Shown here: piece after piece, positions 28,191-42,100 of the stretch
Numbering within the stretch: the stretch's first letter is position 1
Layout of the letters: the number at the start of each line of letters is the position of its first letter
Source: the human T2T-CHM13v2.0 reference genome, Homo sapiens
Direction: 5' to 3' (one strand)
Assembly (NCBI RefSeq): GCF_009914755.1
Contig: NC_060933.1
DNA: 64,000 nucleotides
The notes under the pieces: model-generated
The model's input: only the letters and a program-made list of their open reading frames with translations
What the model was told of the DNA's origin: nothing
The model's database searches: none
Position numbers and translations under genes: made by a program

Positions 28191-30409
28191 GTAGAAGATT
28201 CAACTATCCCCATGAGGAACTGATCTTGTTAACAGTCAAATGAATTGGATGCTACCTCTCTAAAAGGGCCAAATTTTTCCTCAAACTGTTTTTCCGGCAT
28301 CATAGACACCAGAATTTCTAATTCTACAATTCATCACTTTTGCTTCTTAAAAAAAAATGCCACTCCTGCGATGAGCAATATTTTAAGTTTTATCACTCAT
28401 TACCACTTCTCTGAGGCCTGGAGTTTTCAGGCTTGAGGCAAGAACTCTAGGAGATAGATAGAGAAGGATGCACAACACAGATGTGGCAAGGAGAGGTGCA
28501 GAGCCCAGAGCCTGGGAATTTCTAAAGATAAACTATTGTTTCCTTTTTGCTCTGGAGTTACAGCATTAGAACATGAGGCAATCATTTGTGCTAAAGCCCA
28601 ATTATTTCTATTTTATACTACAAACTGCAGAAAAACATTAAAGGTCATCTTGGAAAAAATAACAGTATTAGGAGCATAGCAGAAGTCGTTACTTTTTCTT
28701 CCTTTTTATTTTTAAGGAATTATGAATTTCTCAAAGCATCACACAGGTCAGGGAACATATTCAGTGATGTCTTCAACAGTTAGGTTCAGTGCTTGGTTTT
28801 GTTTCCTAAAGGTAAGTACATTAAATGGTCTTATAAAACTAAAATTTTAAACTGCCCATTTGCATAACTATTTTGTTCAGAAAGACAAACAGGAATGTCA
28901 TTTGGTCTACTGCAAAACAGAATGAAAAGGGAACATGGAAGTTACCATGCAAAACTCCCATATTTCTTCATCACAATTTTTATTCACACTAAAAAGAACT
29001 ATCTAAATACCATTGAATCTGAGCATATTAAACAGAACACTCTTAAATATTTTTCACTGTTCAAAACAGAACAAATTTGTACATTCTCCCCCTCCAAAGT
29101 AAAAAAGTGAATGAAGTGAAAGCAATTAGTTAAACAAAAAGTAGCAGCTTAGTTACCTTTTCATCTCTGATGTACTATCAAAATTCATTTCCTCCAACTC
29201 AAACAAAATCATTATTGGAACCTGAATATAGTCTGGAAGCAGAGGCTCAATGAACTAACCAAAATTCCCAAATGCTTCACATGTATCCTTTGACTTCTAC
29301 AAAAGAAACAAAATCAACAATATGCTAAAACTGAGACAAGCTATTATCATGAACACAATGTATTTCATTGAAACTGTCTTTGCCTGGTGAATGGACTCTT
29401 GGGTCATTCAATAGAGCTTCCAGTACCTACTGTGAAACTTGGTATCAACAAATGGTTTGTATTAAACTAGGCTTTAAAGTAAATACATTGTACCAGATTA
29501 TATAGAGTTCTTCCAGTTATTCAGTGGAAAAGGTCATCTGATTGGCTGAAATGTATATGCTCTATGCTATAATAATATTAAAGGAGGTTAACAGCATTTT
29601 ACATCCAGGTTGATGACATGGAAACAAAACTCATCAGGGTGTTCAATGTGCAAGAAGATGAAAGGTGATGCCAAGTTTGTTAAAATAAAAGCGTATCTAA
29701 AACGAGAAAGGCAAATGGAAAAGCCATAATCCTTTAAACTCCTGTTTTTTCAAGAAAGCTTTATAGATAAATACTTCTTTTATCTAAAGGGGAATGATAA
29801 AGCAATTTTTAAATTACCTGCCAAAGTGATCCTTCAGTATTTGTTGATTGGTGAGTTAGCTTCACTTCTTATTTTCTACCAGTGTTTTTCAACCAGATCT
29901 CCACGACAAGCACATATGGCATAGTCCTATTCATTACTTCCATCACACCCATTGATAAAGATTCTATGTATGCTATGAGCTGTTCACCTGTGTGAACAAC
30001 TTTGCAATCTGGGTGAACGTTTCTAGCCAGCTCTGATATACCTTGGTCAGCTGGATTTCAAATGGTACAAATTTCTTCAATTTTGAAGAATATTCTTAGA
30101 ATCTCAATCTCTACCATGTCTGTGATAAACTTAACTTGAACATGATAGGTAATTTGAAAACTCCATGTGTCTGTTATAACCACACCCTTTGCAAATTGCA
30201 TCTGTTACGATATCAAATAAACACAGTGGTCAAAATCATAGCATTTATTTTGGTTCCAAGTGTCATCAATCTCTCCACATATGATTCATGAGTGCCCTGG
30301 AAGTACATGAGATATGTTGAAAAGAATCCAAAAGAGAACGAAACCACTAAAAGTATGAAAGGAAGAATAAAATATGAAAAATGAAAAACTAACAACAATG
30401 CTATTAAAA

Positions 30410-31100
30410 GTGCTAACATGTATTAAGCACTTATTATGTGCTAGGCACCATCTCACTACATGAATTAATTTGTTTAGTTCTCACAATAACTCCATTTAAC
30501 TACTGAGGAAACTGAGGCAAGAAGAGGCTAAATAAAATGGCTGAAGTTTATATAGATAGAGAGCAGCAGAACCAAGACTTGAACCCCGGAAGTCTGGCTC
30601 CAGAGGCCATGCACCTTCCCACTGTGTCACTCTATCTAGGAAACAATAACAACTGCCTGACACAGACTGCTTCTTCTATGAAAAGCACTGTGCTAAGTAT
30701 CTTGAATGAGATCACTAGTCTTTTCAAGAGCTCTTTGAAATGAAAATTATTGTCATTTTGCAGATAAGAAAAACAGGCACACAGGGTAACAATATACCCA
30801 AATGATTCAACTTTTAAGTTGCAGCATTGAGATTCAACCTCCAGCCTGTCTGACTTCATAATAATGACAGCAAGAATAATAATAAACAACTAATAGTTAC
30901 TGAATATTTATGATGTAACTAAGTCCACCACTAAATGCATATTTATCTCAATTTATCCTCTCGTCCGTATTGAAGATTATGAAAGTGTACTTTAGAGAGC
31001 CTAAGCAACTCTCCCAGATCACACTGGTAGTCATTGATGGAGTCCGGATTTCAGTTCAGGTGTGTCTGACTCTTGAGCCTAGGAATATAAGCACTGCACC
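30410..31100 (-). mobile_element. Three tandem MIRs
   Basis: Three successive reverse MIR cores (gaggaaactgaggc; ttttgcagataagaaaaacaggcac; agcaactctcccagatcacac). Confidence 0.7.
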
Positions 31101-31300
31101 CCATTTTTAGTGTATTCAATCATTTTTAGCATTATAGTACTAATATTATATTATTAGCAGTATACTACTATATTATTAGTATGTTATATTAAACTAGAAT
31201 AATTCTATTCTAATTTTATTACTAATTACTCATTTATATATTAATCTATTACTAATTACTAATTTTATACTAATTTAGTTTAATGGGGTTTTTTCATTTC

Positions 31301-31631
31301 TATTTATTTATTTATTTATTTATCTATTGATTTTTGAGACAGGGTCTCACTCTGTCACCCAGACTGGAGTGCAGTGGTGTGAACATGGCTCACTGCAGTC
31401 TCAAACTCCTGGGTTCAAACTCCTGGGTGTCAAACTAGCCTCACAAGTAGCTAGAACCACAGGTGTGTACCACCACACCTGTCTAAATTATTTATTTATT
31501 TGTTTGTTTGTTTATTTTTGTGGAGATGGGGTTCTCACCATGTTGCCCAGGCTGGTCTCAAACTCCTACATTCAAGTGATCCTCCTGCCTCAGCCTCCCA
31601 AAATGCTGGGATTATAGGCATGAACAATCGC
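31301..31631 (-). mobile_element. AluJ
   Basis: gagacagggtctcactctg...atggctcactgcag...; internal 14-bp repeat. Confidence 0.9.
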
Positions 31632-31906
31632 TACTGTTAAAATAATGGACTGTCATTGTTGATTTAGGAATTAAAGTCAAAGGAAATGATTGTGAGATTT
31701 TCCATTTTATCAGGTATTCTCTTAGCCAATATTAACTTCCTCACAGGGGAGTTGTAAGAATCTAGTGAGAAAATATGGCTGAAACATTTCTCTCAGTGCC
31801 TGGCCCATTTTTGTTCTCTTCCCTTCCCTCTAAGGATAGGTGCCTTATTGAAAAATTATTTAGTTTTCTTAAATCTGTGTAATATGTAGAATTGTACATT
31901 GTAGGC

Positions 31907-32193
31907 CAGCACTAGCTAGTAGAAATATAATTCAAAAATCACTTGTAATATTGTTTTCTAGTATTCACAGGTAAAATTAATTTTAATATTATACTGAACT
32001 TAATATAACCAAAATGATCATTTCAACATGTAATCCCTATGAAAATCCATATAATGAGATATTTTACCATTTTTGTGCTGTCTTTGAAATTGCTACGTAT
32101 TTTACATATACAGCATAATTCAATTCAGATTAGCCATTTTTCAAGTACTCAGTAACCATATATGGCTAGTGGCTACCATATTGAATAATACAG
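31907..32193. mobile_element. MER33 (hAT-Charlie)
   Basis: tagaaatataat...atttcaacatgtaatc...tggctagtggctaccatattg. Confidence 0.8.
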
Positions 32194-33755
32194 TTCTAAA
32201 TTTATGCATAATCCGAAAACACTATTTGAATCATTGTAATTGACTTCAAAAAACAACAAATAAAAATTTCCAAGTAGGTTTTTAAGTATGGCAGTGGTGG
32301 TGGGGAACAGTTAAGAGACTGCAAGTCTTTGGGAAGCTCTGGGCCCTGCCCCCAAAGAAAAGCACTGCTGTACACAGTCCCAGGTGTGTGCATACAATTT
32401 TAGGAGATGCAAGACCCCAGGCTAAAGAAACTGCTGTAAGTGATTTGTTTGTGAGATGATTCAATCTTGAACAATGGAGAAAGTTTTTGCCCACATCCTG
32501 CAAGGTAATCCCTGGCTTTGCACAATGTCATTTGGAACAGGGGCAGCAATTGTGGCCTTTTGCCTTTTGAATCTCATTCTTATACCCAGTTGGCTGTATG
32601 GAATTCAGCCAGTGTGCCAGTATTAAAAGACTCATCATAGAGGCCTACACTGTTGCTGAGAGAGAAATTGCAAGGAGACCCAGAAGAACAAAGGGGCTTT
32701 TCTACATTGTTTTGTTTTTGTTTTTGTTTTTGCATTAAACCAAGTGGCCCCACAACAAGTATTGCGTTCTTCTTCATCTCCTAAGAAGCTTTATCTCGAT
32801 ATCATCATCCTCTAAAAACATAAGAAAGTTTACCTATTTTATTATTCTATTTTATTTGAGGCAGAAGGGCCTACATCTAAGTTTTAACCTTAAAGCATTC
32901 TAAATTCTTCCTAAATGTCAACAGAATTCATAAATGACTTGATTAGGCATCCAAATGTTTGGCTCAGTGAATGTTTTATGGAAGAGTCATAGAATCTGAC
33001 CCTAACTTTGTATTCCTGTTTTCTTCCTTTCCAAGTATAACATGATTTGATCTCATTCACCATTTTGAAATGAAATAATTCAAAAATTCTGAATACTCTA
33101 CTTATTTTATGCATCTGCTTATTTTTGTAAAAAAAAGATAGGTACATAAAATGCTATTTAATTCTATTTTTCAAACTAGCTATCAAATATTTACTTATTA
33201 TTTTTCAGTAGCATCTGTCCTCCATCAATTTCTTATTTATCTGACAGAGTAAATGATTATTTCTAAGTGTAGAGGCACCTTTGAGACTACCCTTGTTTAC
33301 AAAGGACTTGTTCTAAATGTGATGGTGCATTTTTCAGTGACTTAATGAGAATATAAATCAGGCACAATATTTATTACCTTGGAGGAAAAAAGAAAATTAT
33401 TTAAGCCTCCTTGTCTATTCTTTTCTATTTTAGTTTATTAAACCTGTGGTTTTTTGTGTCAGAGAGATAGAGAAAAAATGGGAAGAACTTCTTTTCCATT
33501 TGTAATATTTCTATATAGCACCCCAACCAGAGTCTTTGGCTTTCTTTAAAAAATTATAAAATTTCCTTTAAAAAAAATCATTTCCTTCACTATTTCCCAT
33601 AAGTTTTTCCAGATATATTTAATTCCCTGTACTCTAGGATGTCTCCTAGCTATAGGAGTTTGCAACTGAACCTTTATGTAAAACTCTAAAAACAAGAACA
33701 GTGATCTTACTAACAAAGAGAAACATTCTTTCCTCTTGGAAAGAATCATGAAGGA

Positions 33756-33789
33756 GTGTGTGTGTGTGTGTGTGTGAGTGTGTGTGTGT
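33756..33789. repeat. (TG)n microsatellite
   Basis: Seen directly. Confidence 0.9.
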
Positions 33790-34812
33790 TCCAACCTCAA
33801 GGGCAGGCAATGAATGGAATGTTTTATTTAGGCTGATATTTTGGACATCATACCTCACCCCTTTTCAGTTCACTTCTAGTCTCTTAAAGACAAATTATGT
33901 TTCAAGACAAACTGTGAGATTTGAGGTCAGACTAAAACAATTGTTGGGGAAGCTGGAGCCAAGGAAGCCCTGGGAATTCCTGACTTTTCAGATATATTAT
34001 AGGTTTTACCAGACGAGAACAATCACCTCAGATCCTTCTCTGAACTAGCCTGAGAAGCCATAAAACCTTTCAGTTCTGCTTTGAGTACCTCCCTGTCTGG
34101 ACTGCCAACTTAGGAATGCTCCAGAATTTGCTATCTTTGGAGAGGGTAGTAATTTGAGGGTCACACATGCTGATGAATTGGAGGAGGCTGTCAAGCTCTT
34201 TTCTCAATATGACTGGCTCCGTGATCCAATGACATGAATTCCGATTTAATAGCCAGTGCTATTTTCTGGATGATAAAACACTATACCACTTTTCACAACA
34301 GACATGCCATATGGTACTCGTTACTTCTCTCCTAGATAAAATGCCTAGAATCATAAAGCTTTTTCTTCTAGCTGCAAAAGATAATGGAGAGTAGTTTTAC
34401 CTTTTTTCAAGAATAAAATATTATGACAATTCCCATTGACAATGGTATATTTACAATCTTCTCTTAAATTCAGGAAGTTTACAGGGAAAATGCTCCTACC
34501 ACAATAATAGCCCTAAGTGATTTGGCATTGAACTTGATGAAGTTTTTCTTGACTAGCTTTCTTTCTGGAAATGAAAAAAGTTTTCTTTATGATCTTTACC
34601 TTGACTATCACATTGTTTTCAAGAAGGACATGCTTTACTGGTAGCTAAATCTTGCACTCAAGAGAGACCAAAAATGGTTTGACCTTTATATTCATCTTAT
34701 CTTTGAAAATAAAAGGAAATGCTATATCTATGCTGGGGAAAAATGATTAAGTGTAAAGAACATAATTTGGAGGTCAGACAAAATCTGGATTCAAACTCCT
34801 ACTCTTACTAGC

Positions 34813-35182
34813 TATATTAGTCCATTCTCATGCTGCTAATAAAGACATACTCAAGACTGGGTAATTTATAAAGGAAAGAGGTTTAATTAACTCACAGTTC
34901 ATAATGGCTAGGGAAGCCTCTGGAAACTTACAATCATGGTAGAAGGGGAAGCAAACACGTCCTTCTTCACATGGTGGCAGCAAGGAGAAGTGCCAAGCAA
35001 AAGGGAAAAAACTCCTTCATAAAACCATTGGCTCTTGTAAGAACTCACTATCACGAGAATAGCATCAGGGTAACCGCCCCTTATTAAATTACCTCCCACT
35101 GGATTTCTCTCATGACACGTGGGGATTATGTGAACTACAGTTCAAGATGAGATTTGGGTGGGGACACAGTCAAACCATATCA
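34813..35182 (-). mobile_element. THE1C-like solo LTR inserted into a MIR (34755-35350)
   Basis: Reverse THE1 ending ...gatttgggtggggacacagtcaaaccatatca; TSD ctagc at 34808 and 35183; MIR head left, MIR body right. Confidence 0.9.
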
Positions 35183-35771
35183 CTAGCTATGTAATTTGGG
35201 GTAAATAACTTTAACCCACAGTATCCTTGGTGTGCAGCATGTTGTAATATGGGCAGAACAGAACCTCTATCCAGCAGAAGTGTTGTGGCAATTATAAAGC
35301 ATACAGTTCCATGCCTAGAGGTAAAAGGTGGTTCAATTATACCGTTGTTTCCCATTTTATAATAATTACTTATTATAAGTATACTATTTTCAAGGTTTTA
35401 TATGTAGATTTTTTTAAATTTGTTTGGAACTGACTCTTAATCATCTCATTGGAATTATTTTTCTCTGCTGCAAAAACAAACTCCTCTCCCCTTAAAAAGA
35501 TTTCTTTTATCTTAGCAAGAAAAATGTGTTTGCTTTTTATCTGTGGCCTGAAAAATTTATAGAATCAGAATACGTACGATCTAAAACATATTTTTCTACA
35601 TTAAGAAGTCACAATACAATAGGAACCACAATGGCTTGATGGTCACAAAATTGCTTTTTGCACACTGCTTCAATAAAACGGTTTTGTGATGATGCTGGTT
35701 GTATCACAACATTGTCACTGCAAAAAGAAAGTGAAGGCAATAATACAGATTGGAGCTACACCAAGCACAGG

Positions 35772-35794
35772 CACACACACACACACACACACAC
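35772..35794. repeat. (CA)n microsatellite
   Basis: Seen directly. Confidence 0.9.
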
Positions 35795-36804
35795 CCCACT
35801 AATAACAAATGAAAAGGAGTTAGACATTTTTAGAAAACCACAGAAATCCAAAACATCAAAGAGCTATAACATAAAGTTTGGCAGACAGAAAAATCATTAA
35901 AAGTTTGACACATGATTTCAACAGTGTTGGTAGATTTAGATAGAAGCTTTAAATAACATATGTTTTGAGGTTCTCTCAAAAGAAAGAATTTAGAACTCCT
36001 ATTTGTTTAACTTTGAGGAGAAGGAAATGTTGACCAAAAATAACTGTAGCACAAACGAGCGGTCACAACATTGTACATTAGGAAATGTCAAGTAATGATC
36101 TGGCAAAATCACTCCCCTTGTCATTGTTTGCCTCTTTCTTTTCCTCACAGGTTAAAACATACAAGCCCTGAGGGTTGCCTTGCACATATGTACATGAAGA
36201 TGAAAAAAATAGTGCCCTAATTCCTCACTGGAAGGACCCAAGCTCTACTCAGTAGGACTTCCAGCTTTCTGCTTCAGGGAAGAGGACAATGGAATGGAAT
36301 CACAGTGACGCCATTAAAAGACAAATGTCCATGTCTCCAAGGGTTATTTATTTACCTACCTCTGGTTTTTAACACTTAGACCTCACTCTTTGGGGAAAGG
36401 TTATCTTGGCTAACCATTATGCAAACTCTTAGTTAAATTATAGTATTCCATGACACATTCTTATTTTTTGAACAGAGATTCCTGAGTGAACTCATTTTGT
36501 TTAGCAATGATTTCACTTTAGTATCTTAGCCTACAAAGGATGAGTTTATGCCACACTAAACACGAAAGAAGCTTCACATAAACTAAATGACAGAACAAAA
36601 CAATAACCTCAGTGACTTCCTCCAATAAAGATAACCTTGTCCAATTGAAAACTTTGTTTTTAAATATATTCTTCTACCCAGAGGAGACACCTCCTAACAG
36701 TGAAACATGTAACAAATAATAACTAATATTTTTGAGATTTACTGTGGATTAGGAATTACTCTCAACCCTTTAATGACTATACCATATAAAAATATTAAAT
36801 AAAG

Positions 36805-37050
36805 ATAATTATGACAGCTAACGCTTACAGAGCAGTTATTATGTGCCAGGCACTGTTCCATGTGTGACTTCTATTAGCTTATTTACACTTCACAACAACA
36901 CTGTGCTGTAGGTATAACTATTATCCCCATATCACAGAAGAGGAAATGGAGGCACAAGAAGTCAAGTAAGATGCCCTTGGTCATACATCAAGTAACTGGC
37001 AGAGCTAGGATTCAAACCCCAAGCAATCTGATTCCAATAGCTCACTTAAA
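36805..37050 (-). mobile_element. MIR
   Basis: atgtgccaggcactgttc...attatccccat...gaggaaatggaggcac...ggcagagctaggattcaaacccc. Confidence 0.85.
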
Positions 37051-38874
37051 GCCATTACCCCACATTTTCTTTCTATTTAGTGAGTACCTACTTCTCACTG
37101 TTTCAAAGTGGTATTCAACGTTCTTCTTTGGAAGTATATATCATAGAGACAATCAAGGAAATAAATGACAGATGGCCCAGGAACGCCAGATTATGACCTT
37201 CGTGAGAGGAGGACCATCTGTTTTGATCATCACTATATTCCTATTACTTTCCAGAATACTAACCCCACTTAGAAACAGTATATAGCAGAAACTCTCCTAA
37301 TGGGGCCAAGCTGAACCATCATTAGAAAGATTTAAGAATTGTTTTAATATGAATCTAGAATTTCAGCTGAATCTGAGTTTTACTTTAATTAAATCTCAAG
37401 TCTTAACTATCTAGAGACTTTGGGTATTCAGAAGTCTCTTTCTAAAGCAAGAGTTTGATGAAAAGTTTCATCCAATCATGAAAATTAATCAGTCAAAGGA
37501 AAAGGGTGATTTCAAATAATCGGTATTTCTTTCAATGTGGTCTTTCTTGCCCTGTTTCCATATTTAGTCAACAAATAAGTACCAAGGTCCTACCATATGC
37601 AAGACACTGTTCCAGGTACTGGAGGTTCAGAGGCAAACAAGTTCATACGAGATTTCCATCTTATATAGGAGGAGCAGGGCAGGGGTAGATAAGTAAAACT
37701 CCAAGGCAAGCATAAATCTCAGTCTGTATACTTTAGGGCAGAAGCGTGTTTGTTCTGTGCTTTTCTTAAATTAACTTCATCAGACGAACAGCCATTCATC
37801 AAGAAATTCTGTTGTGACTTCCTTCACCTCTCTAGATCGCACTAATATCTGAGATATGTCATGTCTCTTGAAGTTCTTTGTTTTGTTGCTTTCCTGTCAT
37901 ATACCCATTCTGCCCAGGCTTGAAGTCCTGGGCTTTGGATTTAGGCTCTCTTGCTTCCTTATGCATTCCTTTCCCAGTAGGCTTGCACCCACCTGGGGCT
38001 CTGCCACAGCTTAATGTTCAGGTCCCCACTGTTCCAGAACCCCATGACTTTGAGTTGTGTCCTCTCCATTTTTTCTTCTCTCCTTCTGCTGCCTTACAAA
38101 CTACTCACACCTCCCCTGTCCCTCTGGGACACACACCACCTTTTTCTCAATGAGCTTTGGCTCTTCCAACAAAGTGGAAAAGGCTTTGACTACAAGTGGT
38201 TTCTGCTCTAGGCTATACAAAATTCCAAAAAAAAAAAAAAAGAAAGAAAGAAATGTCAAAATGTCAGTCTTCTCCTTGAAACAGAAGCAAGAGTGAAACA
38301 CAAATGAGCATTGTGCAAAAAATATTCTGTAGACCCAAAAAGAGCTGTTCATTAAATTCTCTGAGATACTGGGTACAAGGAGATATGGGACAATACTAAA
38401 AAAAAAGAATAATAGAAGAGCTTCCTCTGAAGTAGTGATTTGAAAGTCTTAGGATTCTTTAATGTCTTAGGGTTCTTTGTAAGTGCCAAAGAAGTTGGGG
38501 CAAGGGAAGAGGAAAAGCCTCAGAATTCTCCCCCCCCAATAAATAATCTCATTTTTATATTTTCATAAATTGGATTTCATGTATCATTGCTTTTATTACT
38601 CATGTCTTTGTTCAGCTGACTTGCCATAGGCTGATATATACTGCCACTCTATATCCATGTACACAAACACGTGAACACATTTTTTTCAGGGTCATTTCAA
38701 CATGACAGTTCAACAAATAAAAATTTTCAGGAGGAAAATTGGAAAAAAAAGTGTCTTCCATCATTTACATCCATTTTCATATATATATGTATATATATAC
38801 AAAACATATTTTCTATATTTGGTTTAGTCAAACCATATAAAAATCTATGATTAAAATCCTTATTACAGAGTCTC

Positions 38875-39182
38875 ATGTTGATAGAACAGTTGACTATCTT
38901 GAGTGTGGTGGTGGTTATGCAAGGAACATGTGTGATAAACTTGCATAGAGCTATACACACACACACCCCACATACACACTCATGAGTTGCATGTATAACT
39001 GGTGAAATCTGAATAAATGCTATTGATTGTTCTGATGCAATTTCTTGCTTTTCATGCTGTACTATAGCTGTACACGATGTTAACAATGAGGAAGCTTGGG
39101 GAAAGTGCAAAGGACTTCCCTGCACACTTCTTTGCAACCTACTGAGAACCTATAATTATTTCAAAAGAAAAAGTTTTTAAAA
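38875..39182 (+). mobile_element. L1MC/MD-like 3' end
   Basis: tgtggtggtggtta...aactggtgaaatctgaataa...tttgcaac...tataattatttcaaaa. Confidence 0.75.
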
Positions 39183-42100
39183 ATCCTATCACCGTCTATC
39201 TAAACAATTCAATCTATGTTTTGTGAAAACATGATGTTTCATTCTTTTCAACATAACTAGCCTCAATGATAGCAAAATAACTCATTGAACAAGTTCAATA
39301 TGTGAGCATGCTGCTCCACCTGAAAGTGAAAACTGAATTTATTATTCCTTTCAGAAATAAGGTTATCTTATTAAAAGTAGCTTTTAAAATCCCTATTCTT
39401 AATTTATCAATATATAGTACTTAGACTTGTTTTGTTTTAATAAGGATTACCTTTTAAAGGGAAGCATGGAAAAATCATAATCTTTTTGTACCTCAAAATC
39501 TGAGCTACTCAAGGCACTCAAAAATGCCATCACTGATAGTGATAAAATATGCATTTGTCAGTATGAACAAACTGAAATAAATGTGACAAAGGCATATTTT
39601 AAAATAATATAGATGTTTGGCACTTGCATATTGTTTCCCTTTTTACTTATACAATCAATTTTAGATTCTCTCAATAGCCTTGTAAGAACGGAGAGGCAAA
39701 TAATATTAATAGATAAAATTATACATATTTAAACTGCTCTGTGGCAAAGGCTGTTTATTTATTTGGTCTTTAATGGAGAAAGGCCACCCAGTTCTTGATG
39801 TCAATCTCCAGTATGATGGGGGTGATGGTGCTGATGATTATGAATGACAAGGATGATGCATTTATTTGCAGAAGTTTCTACTACTTGCAAAATATGGTAA
39901 CACTGTTTGGTTTGGTTTTGGCTGAACCCGAGATGATGTCATCAAGCATTTTAGCGCTACAGGAAACACTTCCCACCAGCCAGATTTCTAGCCCAACTTT
40001 TCAGCTAACAACTGAACACCACATAAGGTCTATCACCCAGACTCCCCCGTTTCTGCTCCCCAGGGCTGATGGGGAATGGGCAGTGAGTCATGGAGGCAGT
40101 TGGTGGGGAGGTGGCAGCTCTACACACCAATGATTATTTTTTAAAATAACTGAAAGCTCTTATTATACCTCAACCCACAATTTTCTTGCCTCCACCACAG
40201 CCAAGCTAATGTGGTGGGGTCCATCGTTCATTTTTGACTTCATTTTAAAATTTATGTTAGCTGGATTTTTTTCAACATTCTGATATTAAAATAGAAGGGA
40301 AAGAAGAATATTCAGGATAATTGGACCTGGTTCTTTATCTCCCTGGCAAATGTCAAGACCCCTAAATTGTACTACTTTATGTGCCTGATAATCCTAAAAC
40401 ACATCATTATATTCTTTTAGGTGAAGGCAAAGTACAACAAATATTGCTTATATGCTAGCTAGGTTAAAATCCAAGAGCAAGTTGAACTTTAACTTTGTTG
40501 GCTCGTCCTTGAAAAATGAAAATGTAAAAAGCTGGAGCTCCTTTCATACTCATCTTTTTGGGGTTGGGAACATGCATTAGGCACCTCTCTCTTGTATATA
40601 CTCCTGGACTTCTTGATAAACCATTCAGTCTGGTTATGAGGTTCAGTTCCCCCTCTACATCCAAGTTTTTTCTACTTATTAAAAGAAATGCAATGCAAAT
40701 CCCTGACACTTACTATTTTTTAATCTTCACGCCTGCTTGCTCCCCCTCAGATGTATCAATCTGCCACATTTCTGGAAGATGCAGAACTCTAGGAAGCATT
40801 TATCATTCATTGCAACAGGTGGATAATTATTGAATAGAATGAACTTTACAGGTTAATACGTTTCTCATATATCCTGCCTTCTTCTAGGGAAATAAAGATT
40901 AACTTCAATTTTTGTCAACTTTTTTGTGAGGGAGGGGATGCTTATTTATGAGTGGATTTGTTTTTCATTTCAACTCTTCCCACTATCCTAATCACTGCTT
41001 TTATCTTTCTTTTTTGTCAGCAACAGATCCCACCTTCTGTTTGATTTAATTATAATTAGCTTCTCTGTTTGGTAAGGTTATTGTATTATATATTTCTAGT
41101 TTAATCTCTTCTAACTGTTTAAAGTTGCTGCAAATAAAGCTTAAAAATATATGACACAACATTCATTATCCATTTATTTTCTCAAGTATCCTATTTAGTC
41201 TTCTAATCTCCAAAATTAACTCTACTTTGCACATTGATTGTACTTAGCAAATGTATGCTTACTTTTTAAAGTCTGCCTTTTTATGGATAAAATCATGAAG
41301 AATGCAGGTAAACACCAAAGACACACTTGAGTAGGAAACAAAGCCACAAGACTGGAGCATGCATTCTGACTCTGGGGGAGGATGGACAAAGGTGCCATCC
41401 TCAAAACAAAATAGGATCCAAATAATTATTTTGATTTATATTACAATTATGGCTTCAGAAATTAGATTGTGGGAGTTCTCAGAAGATGACAGGATAAAAA
41501 ATAAGAGAAATTTATTGTGGAAAAATAATATCCTACAGCAAAATATGAGAACTACCATCAGCCAGGCTGATGAGTAGGTTAAATTTGCATTTTATATCTG
41601 CCCACTCTCCAATTCAGCATGTTTCTATTCAACACATATACACTTCTCTTGCTCTCTCTCCCTCTCCCTCTCTCTCCCACCACCCAGACATATACACACG
41701 GACACGTGCACTTGTGCCCTAGGTGTTTCTCTAGTCATTGAGTCATCATTCCCTTTTTTAAAATTATTTTTAAATCATTGTAGATTTATAGGAAGTTGCA
41801 AACATAGTACAGAATGGTCCCATGTACCCTTCACCCAGTTTTCCCCAAGAGTTACATCTGTGTAACTATAGTATAATATCAAAGTCAGGAAACGTGCATT
41901 GAAAAGTGTATGTGTAACATTCTATGCCATTTCACTAATGTGTCAATTCCTGTAACCACCATGAAAATCCGGATACAGAACTATTCCAGCACCACAAAGA
42001 TCTATTGGTGTTGATACTTTACGAGACTGAAAAATTACCTCCTTGTAAGTCCATTTTTGATCTTTCCTTTGTAATATAATTGTCTTAAATACTTCCTTTA

